A model generated the notes under the pieces. It was given only the letters and a program-made list of their open reading frames with translations, had not been told where the DNA came from and did no database searches. Of a stretch of DNA of 48,295 bases, positions 34,906 to 47,061 are shown piece by piece. The translations under genes and the position numbers were made by a program. The stretch's first letter is position 1, and every line of letters starts with the position of its first letter. Source of the stretch: Macrostomum lignano (Eukaryota); assembly GCA_002269645.1 (NCBI GenBank), contig NIVC01000262.1:378887-427181 (forward strand), written 5' to 3'.

Positions 34906-35429
34906 CGCAATTACTGCCCTTCTGGGTCCGCTTCGCTGGGCCCCTAAGCAAAATGCACCCAGGAGTCCCTGATGATTGCAAGCCAAAGGAGGGAGAGAGG
35001 ATAGGGAATAGAGAGAAGAGAAATACGAGCTGGCGTACTCTCGTAGAAGAAAGGAAAGGCGAAGGAATAAGGATAAGAGAGTTTACGATCGAGAGGAGAG
35101 ATGAAATAGGAGAGGATCGATCGAGAGGAGAGGAGAGACGAAATAGAGAAGAGAGGAGAGGAGAGGATTGAGAGAGGAGGGAAGGGAGAAGAGATGGCTA
35201 CTCCAACACAGAATTGAAAATTGGCCTGGTTATGTCATAATGCCACAAACTAACAACAGGAGTTTGGGTGCCCTTAGATTAGAAGAAATTATGTGCAATG
35301 TGCCCTCCCATCATTAGCCCCCCCACTCTGAAATTTTCCGACATTACTGGCTTGAGCTACAGTACATTTACATGGTAGTCTGGGGAGTCCTGCAGTCCGA
35401 GGCCAGCTTAATGTACAGCTGACCGCTAG

Positions 35430-35620
35430 AGGGCAGCGTTGTTCCAGGCGAGGCGGTGATCGAGACCGTCCTGCTGTATACTGTCAAGACCTGGACGCTG
35501 ATGAAGTCGCTCGAGCAACAAGTTGACGCGGCGCACGCTGGCCTGCTGCGCGCCGCCTTCAAGATCGCCTACGCGAGTGACCAACACGGCTTTTGTATCA
35601 CCGCGCCGACCTGTTCCGTC
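35430..35620 (+). mobile_element. Degenerate non-LTR retrotransposon (RTE-like) RT C-terminal fragment
   Basis: LFQA.VIETVLLYTVKTWTLMKSLEQQVDAAHAGLLRAAFKI matches the ESVLLYGxETWTLxKxLExxLD pattern. Confidence 0.7.
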
Positions 35621-36789
35621 CAAGCGACCTGCTGCGCAGTCATACATGACCACATTCATGTATGCAATGGCTTGATTTGGAATGCTTTCTATATGTATGT
35701 TATATGTATGTGCACACGGCATGTCAACCCCGTCGTGCTGCACACGTTTCAAACACATGAGCACATTATATTTTGTTAGTACATGTACAAGCGTATAACA
35801 GAGACGCATCGATCGAAAGCCGGCAGATGTTGCAGAGGGTATGAATATTAATTAGCCTGTCGACTTAGTCATTTCAAGGTTCAGTTTTACTTTTTTGCGG
35901 CTGCGGGGGGTAGTTTATTGGCAGTTGACGAAGTGACCAATGTTGGAACACTTCCTGTTGGCCAGTTGACGAAGTGACCGAGGTTTGAGATCGCTTCATT
36001 GGCTAGTTGACGAAACGACCAGTGATAAAACCGAGTTGACGAAATGGCCAGTTGACGAAACGCCAGTTGACGAAATGACTAGGACCCGCTAGTACTATGC
36101 AGCTATATTGCAAGAAGCTTGACAATGTGAATTATATGCCAATGACAAGCTAACTGTGTTAACTCTATTATAATATTGTACCAGCTTTGTTGCAAAACAG
36201 CGCCTAATGAGACCTAAATGAGGCTTCCTAATCAAATTTATTTGATTCATAGACTTTGTAAACTTCAAACTTTTCGACTCTACTTTTACTTTTATAAAAT
36301 GCATTTCAATTTTGTCGAAACCTTTACAAAATTTTGCAATTAATAAAATATACCTTTTCACAACATAACCTTTGGCAATGCTATGTAATTCAATTGCTTT
36401 AAATTTAATTTAAAGTGTTGGGAAGTCCCTGTAAACCGGGAACATTTGTGGCAGGCGGGTGTGGTAGGCCGATCTACCACTGGACTACTGGGGTGGACGG
36501 CGGCAGATCTCCCGCGGGCGACGACAGGACGACCGGACCCCAAGTGACGGACTGACGTCATTGTTTTCAACTATTGTTCCCTTGGTTGTTCCCCCGGCTG
36601 TCCCCGCCTTTGTTCCCCCGCCTGTTCCCTCTTTTAAGTGCAATCAAGTAGTGCAATCCGATCCGGGTGGAAATTCCGGATCTGTAACGAAATTTTACAG
36701 AATCCAGGCGAATTTTCCGGATCAAAAAGAAAAATTCCGGAAAAGTGACCCGGATCAATAAAAAAATTCCGGTGACAGTTCCGGGCGAA

Positions 36790-37475
36790 TTCCGGGCGAG
36801 TGAACCGGATCTGCAGCCGAATCCGGGCTAATTCCGGGCGAGTGAAATCGGATCAGCACACAAATCCGGGCTAATTTTGGGCGAGTGAAATCGGATCAGC
36901 ACACAAATCCGGGCTAATTTCGGACGAGTGAACCGGATCAGCACACAATTCCGGGCGAGTGAACCGGATCAGCACACAAATCCGGGCTAATTTCGGGCGA
37001 GTGAACCGGATCAGCACACAATTTCGGGCGAGTGAACCGGATCAGCACACAATTCCGGGCGAGTGAACCGGATCAGCACACAAATCCGGGCTAATTTCGG
37101 GCGAGTGAACCGGATCAGCACACAATTTCGGGCGAGTGAACCGGATCAGCACACAATTTCGGGCGAGTGAACCGGATCAGCACACAATTTCGGACGAGTG
37201 AACCGGATCAGCACACAATTCCGGGCGAGTGAACCGGATCAGCACACAAATCCGGGCTAATTTCGGGCGAGTGAACCGGATCAGCACACAATTTCGGGCG
37301 AGTGAACCGGATCAGCACACAATTCCGGGCGAGTGAACCGGATCAGCACCCAATTCCGGGCAAGTGAACCGGATCAGCACACAATTTCGGGCGAGTGAAC
37401 CGGATCAGCACACAATTCCGGGCGAGTGAACCGGATCAGCACACAATTCCAGGCGAGTGAACCGGATTAGCACAC
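36790..37475 (+). repeat. 31-bp minisatellite (GGGCGAGTGAACCGGATCAGCACACAATTCC)n with interleaved 44-bp variants
   Basis: Direct reading. Confidence 0.95.
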
Positions 37476-39317
37476 GAATCCAGGTGAATTCTGGATGATT
37501 GAACCGGATTTGCAGCCAAATCTTGGGCTTATCACAGTAGCAGAAAATTAAATAAAGAACGGGTCATTGTTCCATACATTTTCCACGACTGCGAATTGAA
37601 TCAAATTCGATTTAGCCGTCCACGAACAGAAATACTGAATTCAGTTGTACACAACTGTAAATCGTATATTTCTATGCACTTCTACGTACTTTCAGAAACA
37701 AAAAATGCTGACCTTCTGAATGTCACTCGGATGGGCAGCTGGACTTCGATGCTACCATTAACTTTTTTTGAAGCCGTATACGGTTTTATTTACCTTATCG
37801 CGACATTGGCTACTCTTCAGGGATCCCCATCGCCTACCTCTGATTGCATCTGTCAGGTGGGTCACTCGCTATACAGCTAATTAGCTAGTTAACTCAAGTC
37901 AGCTGACTTGTCTATTCACTTGCTTAAGAATTGTAAAGATCTCCGCAAAAATTAAGGAACGACTTTTGTCTCATTTTCCAGGACCTATCAGGGCTCATAA
38001 ATGTACACAGCCAATTTCTCGAAGAGCGTTTCTAATGAAATCAAATCCAGCGAATTTGGCCTTAACAAAAACCTAGAAATTAATTGCAAATAAATGCGGT
38101 GGTGGTGTTATGCACTCGATCTTGGACATCGCCCGCATTTCACTCCTCGAGTAGCTCGCCGTCTGGAAATATATGTTTCCAGAAGTCGGCCCCTCATTTT
38201 CGGCAGCACTGGCGATTCGTCGCGCCTTCACCTGGTCCGCCTTCTTTTGCCGCTCTGCAGCTGACCGAGATTGAAAGAGCACTGCCTGGCTTCTCGCCAC
38301 GGTCGTGTCGGATTCCGACGAGCTCGTAGCGGAGATAGCTTCCAATCGAAGAACTTCAGCTTTCAGCTGACGATTTTCGGCTTGAGCCTCCGACAGCTTT
38401 TCACGAACTCCGCCTATTAAGTACATAAAAATGAGGAGAGTGGCAAAGCAGATTCAAACTTAAGAATCGACAACACTCATATATATACGAGCGTACGAGG
38501 CTGCTAACGTCTTCTAGTATATGCATAAAAAACTTACACAGTTCGTCCTTGGCTTCGCCTTGGGCCCGAATCTGATCCATCATTGTAGTGCATGACGGGC
38601 ATCGTGAGGGCTGCGGTTGCTGCGACGGCACACGCGCCAAAGCAGTCGCTTCAATCGCTTGGGCCTTTCTATCCAAAGGCCCCTTCCAGAGAGTGGCGGA
38701 ATACCGGGATCCGGTACTCTTGTTAGCAGCCGTGACAACGTGATCTGCTCACGGCTGGTGCAACTGCAAACGCCTTAGACAAACCAATGGAGCATGCACC
38801 GACAAAAATCGGATTAGCGTCTATCATAATAGGAAAGCTGCTTTGCATACTGGGCCAGTTAGAGCTATTTGGAACCATGCCACAGTCTCCGTCTAGACAC
38901 CCAGCTGTGCCAAACAATATGGTTGGTTGATTTTATGCTTCTAAGCGTCAAATATGACGATAGAATCATTCAGCCCGTTGACACACTAAGCAGCTGTGAT
39001 AGACTACATGCCAGTGGAAGTCAAACCTCTCGCACACAATCAGGGCGCAACAATTTTTCAATTGTCACCTGTACGGAGGATGGGCACAGCCTCACATTAC
39101 GGACGCTACAGTGCCGCCGTAAAGCAGATCAATTCACATTGCAATTTCGAGGCTTTATTACCCCTCGCTTTCCAAGAGGAATTAGCGCCGTTGACCAAAT
39201 GGATGCCAGGGATTGCCTGATGGGATAGCCATTTGCTGGGGTCTGTATTCAGCGGTTTTCCATCGGAGGCTTCCTCTTAAAATCCCCATGGTACTTGTAT
39301 AATGGATGCCGGATTGA

Positions 39318-39575
39318 TTCCGACTCAAGTCCCGAAATTTTCCCGGATCAGCTTCGCCCGGAATTTGGCTGAAATTTGGGTCAAGGGAGCTGATCCGGGT
39401 GAATTTTCCGGATCATTTGGTCCGGATCACTGGGGAATTCCGACTCAAGTCCCGAAATTTTCCCGGATCAGCTTCGCCCGGAATTTGGCTGAAATTCGGG
39501 TCAAGGGAGCTGATACGGGTGAATTTTCCGGATCATTGGGTCCAGATCACTGGGGAATTCCGACTTAAGTCCCGA
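39318..39575 (+). repeat. 120-bp tandem duplication within a CCGGA-rich region
   Basis: TTCCGACTCAAGTCCCGAAAT at 39318 and 39438, near-copy at 39558. Confidence 0.9.
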
Positions 39576-40682
39576 AATCTCACCCGGAACCATTTCACCA
39601 GGAACACTACTGAAATTCGGGTGTACACCCAGAATTCCATAGTGTTCCGGGTGAAAAATTCCGGAAAATCCAACCGGAACAGCTTTCTTTTTCCCGAAAT
39701 TTTACCGGATCATATTTCGGGATCTTTTCCGGAAAAAGGGGCTGTTCCGGGCCAAAAAAGCTGATCCGGGCGTTCACCAGGAAATCAATTAAAAGGGCCC
39801 AGATCACAAAATTCCGGAAAAAATTCCGGGTGAAAAGTTCGGCTTTAAGTCGGCTTTAAGTCGGTGCGACGTCGTTATCCGACGTAACTAAAAAGTTTGT
39901 TGCAGTCCATTTTTTCTCATGGATTCTGAAGAATGGTCTTTCAACAGCTACTTGAAATATAATTTTTTTTGGCTTTTCGATTTTTATCCGGTAGAAAACC
40001 AGTTTTAAAAAGTTTGTCAATATCCGACGAATTCCAGACGTCGGAGAGCAACCAATTGCAGACGGACTAATTACTGACGAAATTCACAAAAAAATATTCA
40101 TTACTAAAAAACATATATTGTTAATACTTGTGCAGTAAAAACAAGAAAAATATCATTAGTGTTAGGTTTTGTTCTGTTAATTGCAAAAGAGATTGACACA
40201 GTTGTTATATTTATAAAAAATTCAAATCACAATTTCATTTTTCTTCGTTACATGTTAGATGTTAAGCATGTTAAGTTAACAGACAATTAACATTGTAATT
40301 TGCAGTGTCTTTACGAATCGCCCAGGCTGTTGATGCTGGAAGCACTGGTCGTTATTTTTTTAAGTAACTTATTATAGTACCATAAAGTACAATAAATTAT
40401 TATAGGGTAAAAGTAATCCTAAAAACTTTTTTCTAACGTCCCTCCAGGAAAATAATCTCCTTCATTTTGCCATTTTCATGTAAACCTATTTTAAAAATTG
40501 CTAGTTCAGCCAGAGCAGGCTAGGTACATTTTAAACTCAAAATATTATTAAAAAGCTAACAAATCTGCTTTTATATTATATTCTTCATGGGTAGCTAATA
40601 GGCCCTATCTAATTTTAAAGCAAACTAAAAGCTGTTTAGCTAGCTATTAGACTAGCTGTTGCTCATTTTTAGCTCTAGATTT

Positions 40683-40893
40683 TGTTATGTTAGAGCGAGT
40701 TGAGGCGAGTGTGTGCGAGCTACGAAACGCTTAAAGCCAGCGATGGGCAGAGAGCCGATATATATATTATTGTTTAGTCAAGTGCAGTGAGCAATTTACA
40801 TTGTACGCGTCAATGGGGGACTGGGGGCAGGTGCACTGAGAGAGAAAGAGAAAGACTGCACGTCGGCTAGCCAGCATCGATCATTACACAACA
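40683..40893 (-). mobile_element. 3' LTR (211 bp) of the Gypsy element
   Basis: On the minus strand it begins TGTTGTGT directly after PPT AAGGAGG (40894-40900) and ends ACATAACA (TG..CA, inverted termini). Confidence 0.7.
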
Positions 40894-41201
40894 CCTCCTT
40901 ACATTGAAAAGTACGAATATAATGGCACGAAAATAGTAGAACGAATATAGTAGCACGAATAGAGTCGCACGAAAACAGTTGAATGGGGAAAAATAAAAAC
41001 ATTGAAATATTTTACGATCATATGGAACAATACAATAATAATGTTGAAAAATATCATTTTAGACCGCTTTTTAAATCGCACGCTTGAGCACCAAAGGCAA
41101 CACATCAACTTCTGCCATACCTCCTTTCACCAAAATTATAGAAATTTAAAAAGAGCTCAGTTCCTTTAGATTCAGTCAACAGTCAGTTTTCACTCAAAAG
41201 T

Positions 41202-43325
41202 TTACCACGAGGCCTGGTACCTTTGCGGCTGATGGACAAGCCGACCTCGCTTGGTCCGGAACCCAGAGTCGTCCGAGCTTGAGCACGGTTGCACAGATGC
41301 CGGCTGCTCAGCTGGCTGCACTGGCTCTGCAGGCTGCTCTGTCGTGGGTTGCACGGCCGGTTGCACGGGTGCCTGCTGGTCGTCCGCCTCCGACAGATTG
41401 ACATCCTCATCAGCCACTGCCACTGGGTAGCTTTCATGGAATGGCACGCCGATCTCACGTGGCATGATGAACCGCCGGTTGCGCCTGAGCAGCTGGCCCG
41501 ACTCCGTGCGAAGCCAGTACGACCGCGGGCTGCCGTCCACCTCGCTGTCGACCTCGGCAGCCACCCAGTTCCGACGATCGCACTGAAGCCAGACCGGCTC
41601 GCCGACCTCCAAGCGTCGAAGTGCGTGCGCACCGCGGTTGTAGAGCTGAGCTGCCCGGGTCCGCTCCTTCTGGAATGCTTCGATGCTGGCATGCACGTAG
41701 GTCTCCCGAGGCCGCAGATCTTGCACCGTTGTCGGCAGGTCGCACCGCAGTTTCCGGCCAAACGCCATTTCCGCCGGGCTGGGGAAGCCGCTGCCGACCG
41801 GCGTGTTGCGATAGTGCAAAAGGGCCAGTGCCAGGCTCTATCCAGTCCCCTGGCACTTCTTCATCATATTCTTGGCAGTCTGCACATATCTCCTTTGACT
41901 GGGCCTTCATGTTACGCTGGCAGGCCTCGCACTGGCTGACAGTTCGCTCGATGCAGGTGCGCATTCCTGGCCAGTAAAAATAATCTTTGGCTTTCAGGTC
42001 CATCTTGACGATTCCAGGGTGTCCAGCGTGCAAAATTCTTAGGATCGAGCTTCTGGCGCTGCCGGCTGGCACGTAGATGCGGTCCTTCAGGCACAGGAGT
42101 CCTGAGACGAAAGTCAGATCATAGCGAAGATCCCAAAATACTTTCAAATCGTCAGGTAGTCGGTTTCGATGCTCGGGCCATCCGGCTTGAATGACCTCCT
42201 GCAGACGCTGGCTCGTCTGGTCTGCAGCCGTGGCCTTATTGATCATTGTCAGAATCTCGCGGTCTCCACTGAAGCACCGCTCCACAGCTAGCACTTGTCC
42301 GTCCAAAGCTTTCTCCAGCAGAAGCGTCAGGCTGTCCGTCTTTCCGTGAGCTCGGCTTAGCGTGTCTGCGACGTACAGCTCCTTTCCTGGTGTGTACTTC
42401 ACACGAATGTCGTAGGGCTGCAGCTGCAGCAGCAAGCGCTGGATGCGCGGCGTGGTGTCACAGAGCTGCTTCTTTAAGATGGACTCCAGTTGCTTTTGGT
42501 CACTCTGGACATTAACAGTGCGGCCCCAGAGGTAGCGGTGAAATTTCTTGCAGCCGTACACAATAGCCAGGAGCTCCTTCTCAATCTGCGCGTATGCCTG
42601 CTGAGCTTTAGTCATGGCTGATGAAGCGAACTCAACCGGACGGTCCTCTTGGAGTAGCACAGCACCGATGCCGCTCTTGCTGGCATCCACAGACACGGTG
42701 ACTGGCTTGCTGACGTCAAATGTGGCCAAAACCCTGTTAGAACACAGCTCCGTGATGATCGAGTCGTACGCCTCGTCGTGCTGATGCGTCCAGCTCGAAA
42801 TGACGTCTTTCTTGAGCAGGTGTCTAAGCGGCTCTGCAGTAGCGGAAAGATGAGGACAAACTTGGCCAGGTACGTCACACAGCCGAGAAATCGCCTTAGC
42901 TGCTCCTTCTTCGAAGTGAGAGCTTCAACATCATTCGGCCGGATCATTTCTTTGATGGCTTTGACCTTCATTGGATCTGCTCGCAACCCTTCCGAGCTGA
43001 GCACATCGCCTAGGTAGTTGAGCTCTTGGACACCGACTCGCATCTTCTGTGGGTTCAGTGTCACCTTGGCACGCTTGCACTGCTCCAGGAGCTCTCGCAC
43101 AGCTTGGTCGTGCTCCTCGACTGTTCTTCCCCACACGATGATGTCGTCAAAGAAGTTCTTAGAGTTTCTCACGTTGTTTGTGACGTTTTCTTCCATTCTC
43201 TTCTGGAAGACCTAGGGAATGGATGAGAGACCGTATGGAACTCGTTTCCAGCGATATCGGCCGAACGGGGTGTGGAACGTGGTCAGGAAGAAGTTTTCAT
43301 CATCGAGTTTTAGTTTTAGTTTTAT
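41202..43325 (-). mobile_element. Defective Ty3/Gypsy pol (RT-RNase H-partial integrase) with frameshifts and deletions
   Basis: TTFHTPFGRYRWKRVPYGL, FFDDIIVWG, DASKSGIGAVLLQ, YAQIEKELLAIVYGC, VADTLSRA, H..H..CEAC, HYRNTP..SPAEMAFGRKLR; gag, protease and 5' LTR are absent. Confidence 0.95.
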
Positions 43326-43344
43326 TCCAGCCGACAAGCCACGT

Positions 43345-44124
43345 TTAATGGATATGTTTTTATGTCTGCATTTGATTTCTGTATTGCTCAACACAAATAT
43401 TTTTTTTGGAAATCAAGATCTTATCTTAGACCAGGTTCTACACGATTTTTACTCTTGTGTCAATGATCTCTTTGGGATAAGCTTTTATAGTCCAGTTGTT
43501 CATGGCTTACAGCACCTAATAGAGGACTATAAACTCCATGGAACTGTTGAAAAATTCTCATCATTTATGTTTGAAAATTTTAACCGATACATTAAAAAAG
43601 CTGTGAGATCGCCACATCTGCCTTTAGAGCAACTTGCAAATAGGCTATCAGAAACAGATCCATGTCTTGGCAGGCTAATTATTGAGACTCCAGTTTTTCC
43701 TATTGTGTCAAGTCAACATTATTATCGATCCAATGATTTGCCTGAATTCTGCAGGGATTATTCCATGTTTAGACAAGTCAGACTTACAATCAATATAAAT
43801 TTATTGCTCAGGCAATGCGATTCATTTTTTGTTATCAATAATAAAGCTGGCAAGCCTAAAGCATGTAAGCTAGTAAACATTCTTCATAATTCAGCACGCT
43901 GTGAAACCCTGCTTGTCTATCGCCAATTCTCAGTTTGTGAAAGTTTTTACCATCTGCCTTTTGAATCATCAAAAGTAGGCATTTATCGGCTGTCTAGTTT
44001 GCAAAGAGGTATTAAAATTTCTGACTTTAGCCGTGTGAAGTCCAAGCTGTTCGTTGTACCAAGGAAAACCTCTGATTACTATCCATGTACTTTGCTGCAT
44101 ACTTTATGGAAAACCATTTTTTAA
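43345..44124 (+). mobile_element. C-terminal part of an EnSpm/CACTA (CMC)-type transposase, 5'-truncated
   Basis: FLCLHLI..VHGLQHL..HGTVEKFSSFMFENFNRYIKKAVRSPHLPLEQLANRLSE motif of animal EnSpm-like transposases. Confidence 0.8.
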
Positions 44125-44210
44125 AATTCTCTTACATTTGCTCTATAGTTATTGAATTAATAATTTATTTTGATATATTTTAATATAACACAAAATAAAA
44201 AAAATTGCAG

Positions 44211-46737
44211 ATGTTTTCTCTCGTCGAGTTTTGCGAAGAAGAAGGCGAGCCTACTGCCATTGTGCCAACATCTTGGATCTGTGAAGGCAGCGCATTTTTC
44301 CCCCCTCGACACTTGTATAAAAAGCTTTACGACTTCTGCCGCGACGGTGTGCAACCCAGTTCTGATTGGGATAGATTTAAAATTAGTGCGCTTCTTGCCG
44401 ATGGTAATTAACTGTCTAATATGCTTTTCTACGAATATTTAATTTGTTTTTCTAACTCTAACGATATTTTTAACCTATGATGCTGCACTAAAATAAAGTC
44501 TACTGATTTTACTTTTAGATGACCTTGACAAGCTGCGGCATCTAGAGAAAAAGTTTGCTCGAATCGGATCTCTCAGCGAGAGTGAAAGTGACACACGCAA
44601 TCGACGTCGCGGGTGTCCTATTCGACTTGCTGAAGAATATCAACCTCCAGCTAAGAAAAAGAAGCCTAACAAAGCCAATTCGGATTCTGTTGTTCGACCG
44701 TCTTCAGAAATGGGATCCACTCTGTTAAGCTATGGCGATATTTTAAATTGCAACTCGGTTTGTCTATTTAGATTTCATTTACATTCTATTTAATTTTTGT
44801 GCATACCGTTCACCTATCGTTCACTTTTCTGAAGCATAATTTTTGCAATGGGCCCGTTTTTTTCAGCCGCTGATCAGAGAGCGAAAATCGTCGCCCCTTG
44901 TTCTGAAGAGTTGAGATCTCCAGCGGTCTCTCAATCAGGCAACTCTGCGCGGCCTGGAGCCTCACGTGACACCGACCTTGATTCCCAGGAGATCTCACTA
45001 TCAGGCAACTCTGCGCGGCCTGGAGCTTCACGTGTCACCGGCTTTGATTCTCCGGAGATCTCACTATCAGGCAACTCTGCGCGGCCTGGAGCTTCACGTG
45101 TCATCGGCTTTGATTCCCCGGAGATCTCACTATCAGGCAACTCTGCGCGGCCTGGAGCTTCACGTGTCACCGGCTTTGATTCCCCGGAGATCTCACTATC
45201 ACGCAACTCTGCGCGGCCTGGAGCTTCACGTGTCACCGGCTTTGATTCCCCGGAGATCTCACTATCACGTAACTCTGCGCGGCCTGGAGCTTCACGTGTC
45301 ATCGGCTTTGATTCCCCGGAGATCTCACTATCAGGCAACTCTGCGCGGCCTGGAGCTTCACGTGTCACCGGCTTTGATTCCCAGAGATCTCACTATCAGG
45401 CAACTCTGCGCGGCCTGAAGCTTCACGTGTCACCGGCTTTGATTCCCCGGAGATCTCACTACCAGGCAACTCTGCGCGGCCTGGAGCTTCACGTGTCACC
45501 GGCTTTGATTCCCCGGAGATCTCACTACCAGGCAACTCTGCGCGGCCTGGAGCTTCACGTGTCACCGGCCTTGATTCCCCGGAGATCTTTGTAGCAAGTA
45601 ATACACAAAGCAGAGGGAAACTACCCAACAACATGATCCGTTAAGCTTAGCTGATGGCGATATTCAAGAAAATGGCAATCAAATGGCTACAATTAAAATT
45701 AAGTTTGTTTTTTTCTAAATTGTAAAAAACTAGAGAGGGCTGTGGAGATAGTAGCAGGGTGGGAGGGGTTTAACTTGTAAACTATCTAGTTAGCTTATTT
45801 TAATAAAATAAATGCAAACTAAACCCTGTTTTTTCAGAGTGGTTTCAGAAAGTTCTGCTCCGTATCAATGACGTTGAAAAAAAAACAGAATGAACTATAT
45901 AGTCTCCTGTCTTCGCGAATAACAGATGCTACATCCAGTAGTAGCGTAGCGGAGTCTGTCTTGGCAAAACGCATTCCATTTCAAACATCTAATGCTGTCA
46001 TCAAGTTTGGAGAGGACCTGGACGACGATAGCGTTCTTTATGAGGAACTGGTAATTAATTTTTCGCTAAAATTACCTTTACAAACCAAAATCCTTGACAT
46101 TTTTGTATCGTAATAGTCTCAGATCATAAATAGTGCATTCGAGTACACTGTTTTGTATTTTGACAAATTTACAATGTAGTATTGCTTGATTTTAAGTGGG
46201 GATAATTTTGGCACTGTCACATAAGTGGATATTGTTGTGTTTCCATTCAGAAAAGAACGGCCCGCTATGCTAGCTCTACTGATTGGCACCGCTAAATCAA
46301 AGACATTTTTATCCGAATTGCTCCGTCTGAAGTTTGGCGGTCCTTTAATGTACGAGGACGGAAAGGGAAGCAAGCGATTCCTAAGAAAATGTTGGCTGCA
46401 ATTGAAGGTAACCGTTGCTAAACTTTGTATTAAATGTGCAAACTTAGGCAGACACAGAAAAAAGGGAATCGATTAAATTTTAAATTGTAACGTTTAATAA
46501 TAATTTTAAATGAACCTTAATCTTTCAGACGCGATTGTGTCCAAGCACACGCTTAAAAGACAAATGAGCAGCAAACAATCATGCTCATCTGTGATCGGTG
46601 ATGTGCTAAAGCATATCGGTGAGCCCAAGCGTCCGTTACAACCGTCCTCTGCTAGCGTTCCTGCGGCTGGAGGTCAGGGTGATTCTGAAGTTAAAGCTGA
46701 TGCGGATAGCGAATATTTAAAACTACTGCACCATTAA
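44211..46737 (+). CDS. Multi-exon second gene of the EnSpm-like element (DUF4806-like), frameshifted in a repeat exon
   Basis: Exons at about 44211-44403 (MFSLVEF..IVPTSWI..P..W), 44519-~44730, 44867-~45655, 45838-46050, 46250-46407 and 46528-46737, mostly with GT-AG ends; the pattern matches accessory ORFs of animal CACTA elements. Confidence 0.6.
44935..45590 (+). repeat. 66-bp coding tandem repeat (22 aa, EISLSGNSARPGASRVTGFDSP) x 10
   Basis: Period 66; one unit near 45383 is 65 bp. Confidence 0.96.
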
Positions 46738-46889
46738 GTTGCAAACAATCACTATAATAAAATTGCGCTCCTATTATTCTACATTTTCTTTTCACACTTG
46801 CTCGTTCGTAAGTAAGGTTTGGAAACTTTCGTGAATAGTCTATGTTTTTTTGTTCTTTTTTTGCACAAGCCGCAAATCTTACTGGTATT

Positions 46890-47061
46890 TAAACGTCTGA
46901 GTACGTCCGTTTCAGACGTTCAGAAACGTCGCAATCCGACGTCGAAGTCGACGTCGGTGTACTGTAAAGTATCCTTTGGCTATGGACGTCCTCCGACGTC
47001 TATTATTGGTCGGTATCGGACGGTCAGATAGACGTCGACCGACATCGGATTGTTGTACGGG
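46890..47061. mobile_element. Probable right end of the EnSpm-like element (GACGTC-rich subterminal region ending TTGTACGGG)
   Basis: Dense GACGT/ACGTC motifs and a terminal GGG; the matching left TIR was not found with certainty. Confidence 0.5.

Larger units (their letters stand above)
18777..36088. mobile_element. Older non-autonomous TIR element acting as host for nested insertions
   Basis: Left CGGGTGATGGTCATTTCGTCAACTGGCGTTTCGTCAACT is inverted to right AGTTGACGAAACGCCAGTTGACGAAATGACTAGGACCCG; CTAGTA flanks both ends (18771-18776, 36089-36094); GACGAAGTGACC remnants at 18825, 34075 and 35925. Confidence 0.7.

Noticed and set aside
36790-37475. CRISPR-like appearance of 27-31-bp repeats here and at 10280 and 14140
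   Set aside because: Head-to-tail units without unique spacers, no cas genes, eukaryotic context.
39797-39820. CCCAGATCACAAAATTCCGG as left TIR of the EnSpm-like element
   Set aside because: Only loosely similar to the reverse complement of the 47061 end, so it is not accepted as a boundary.
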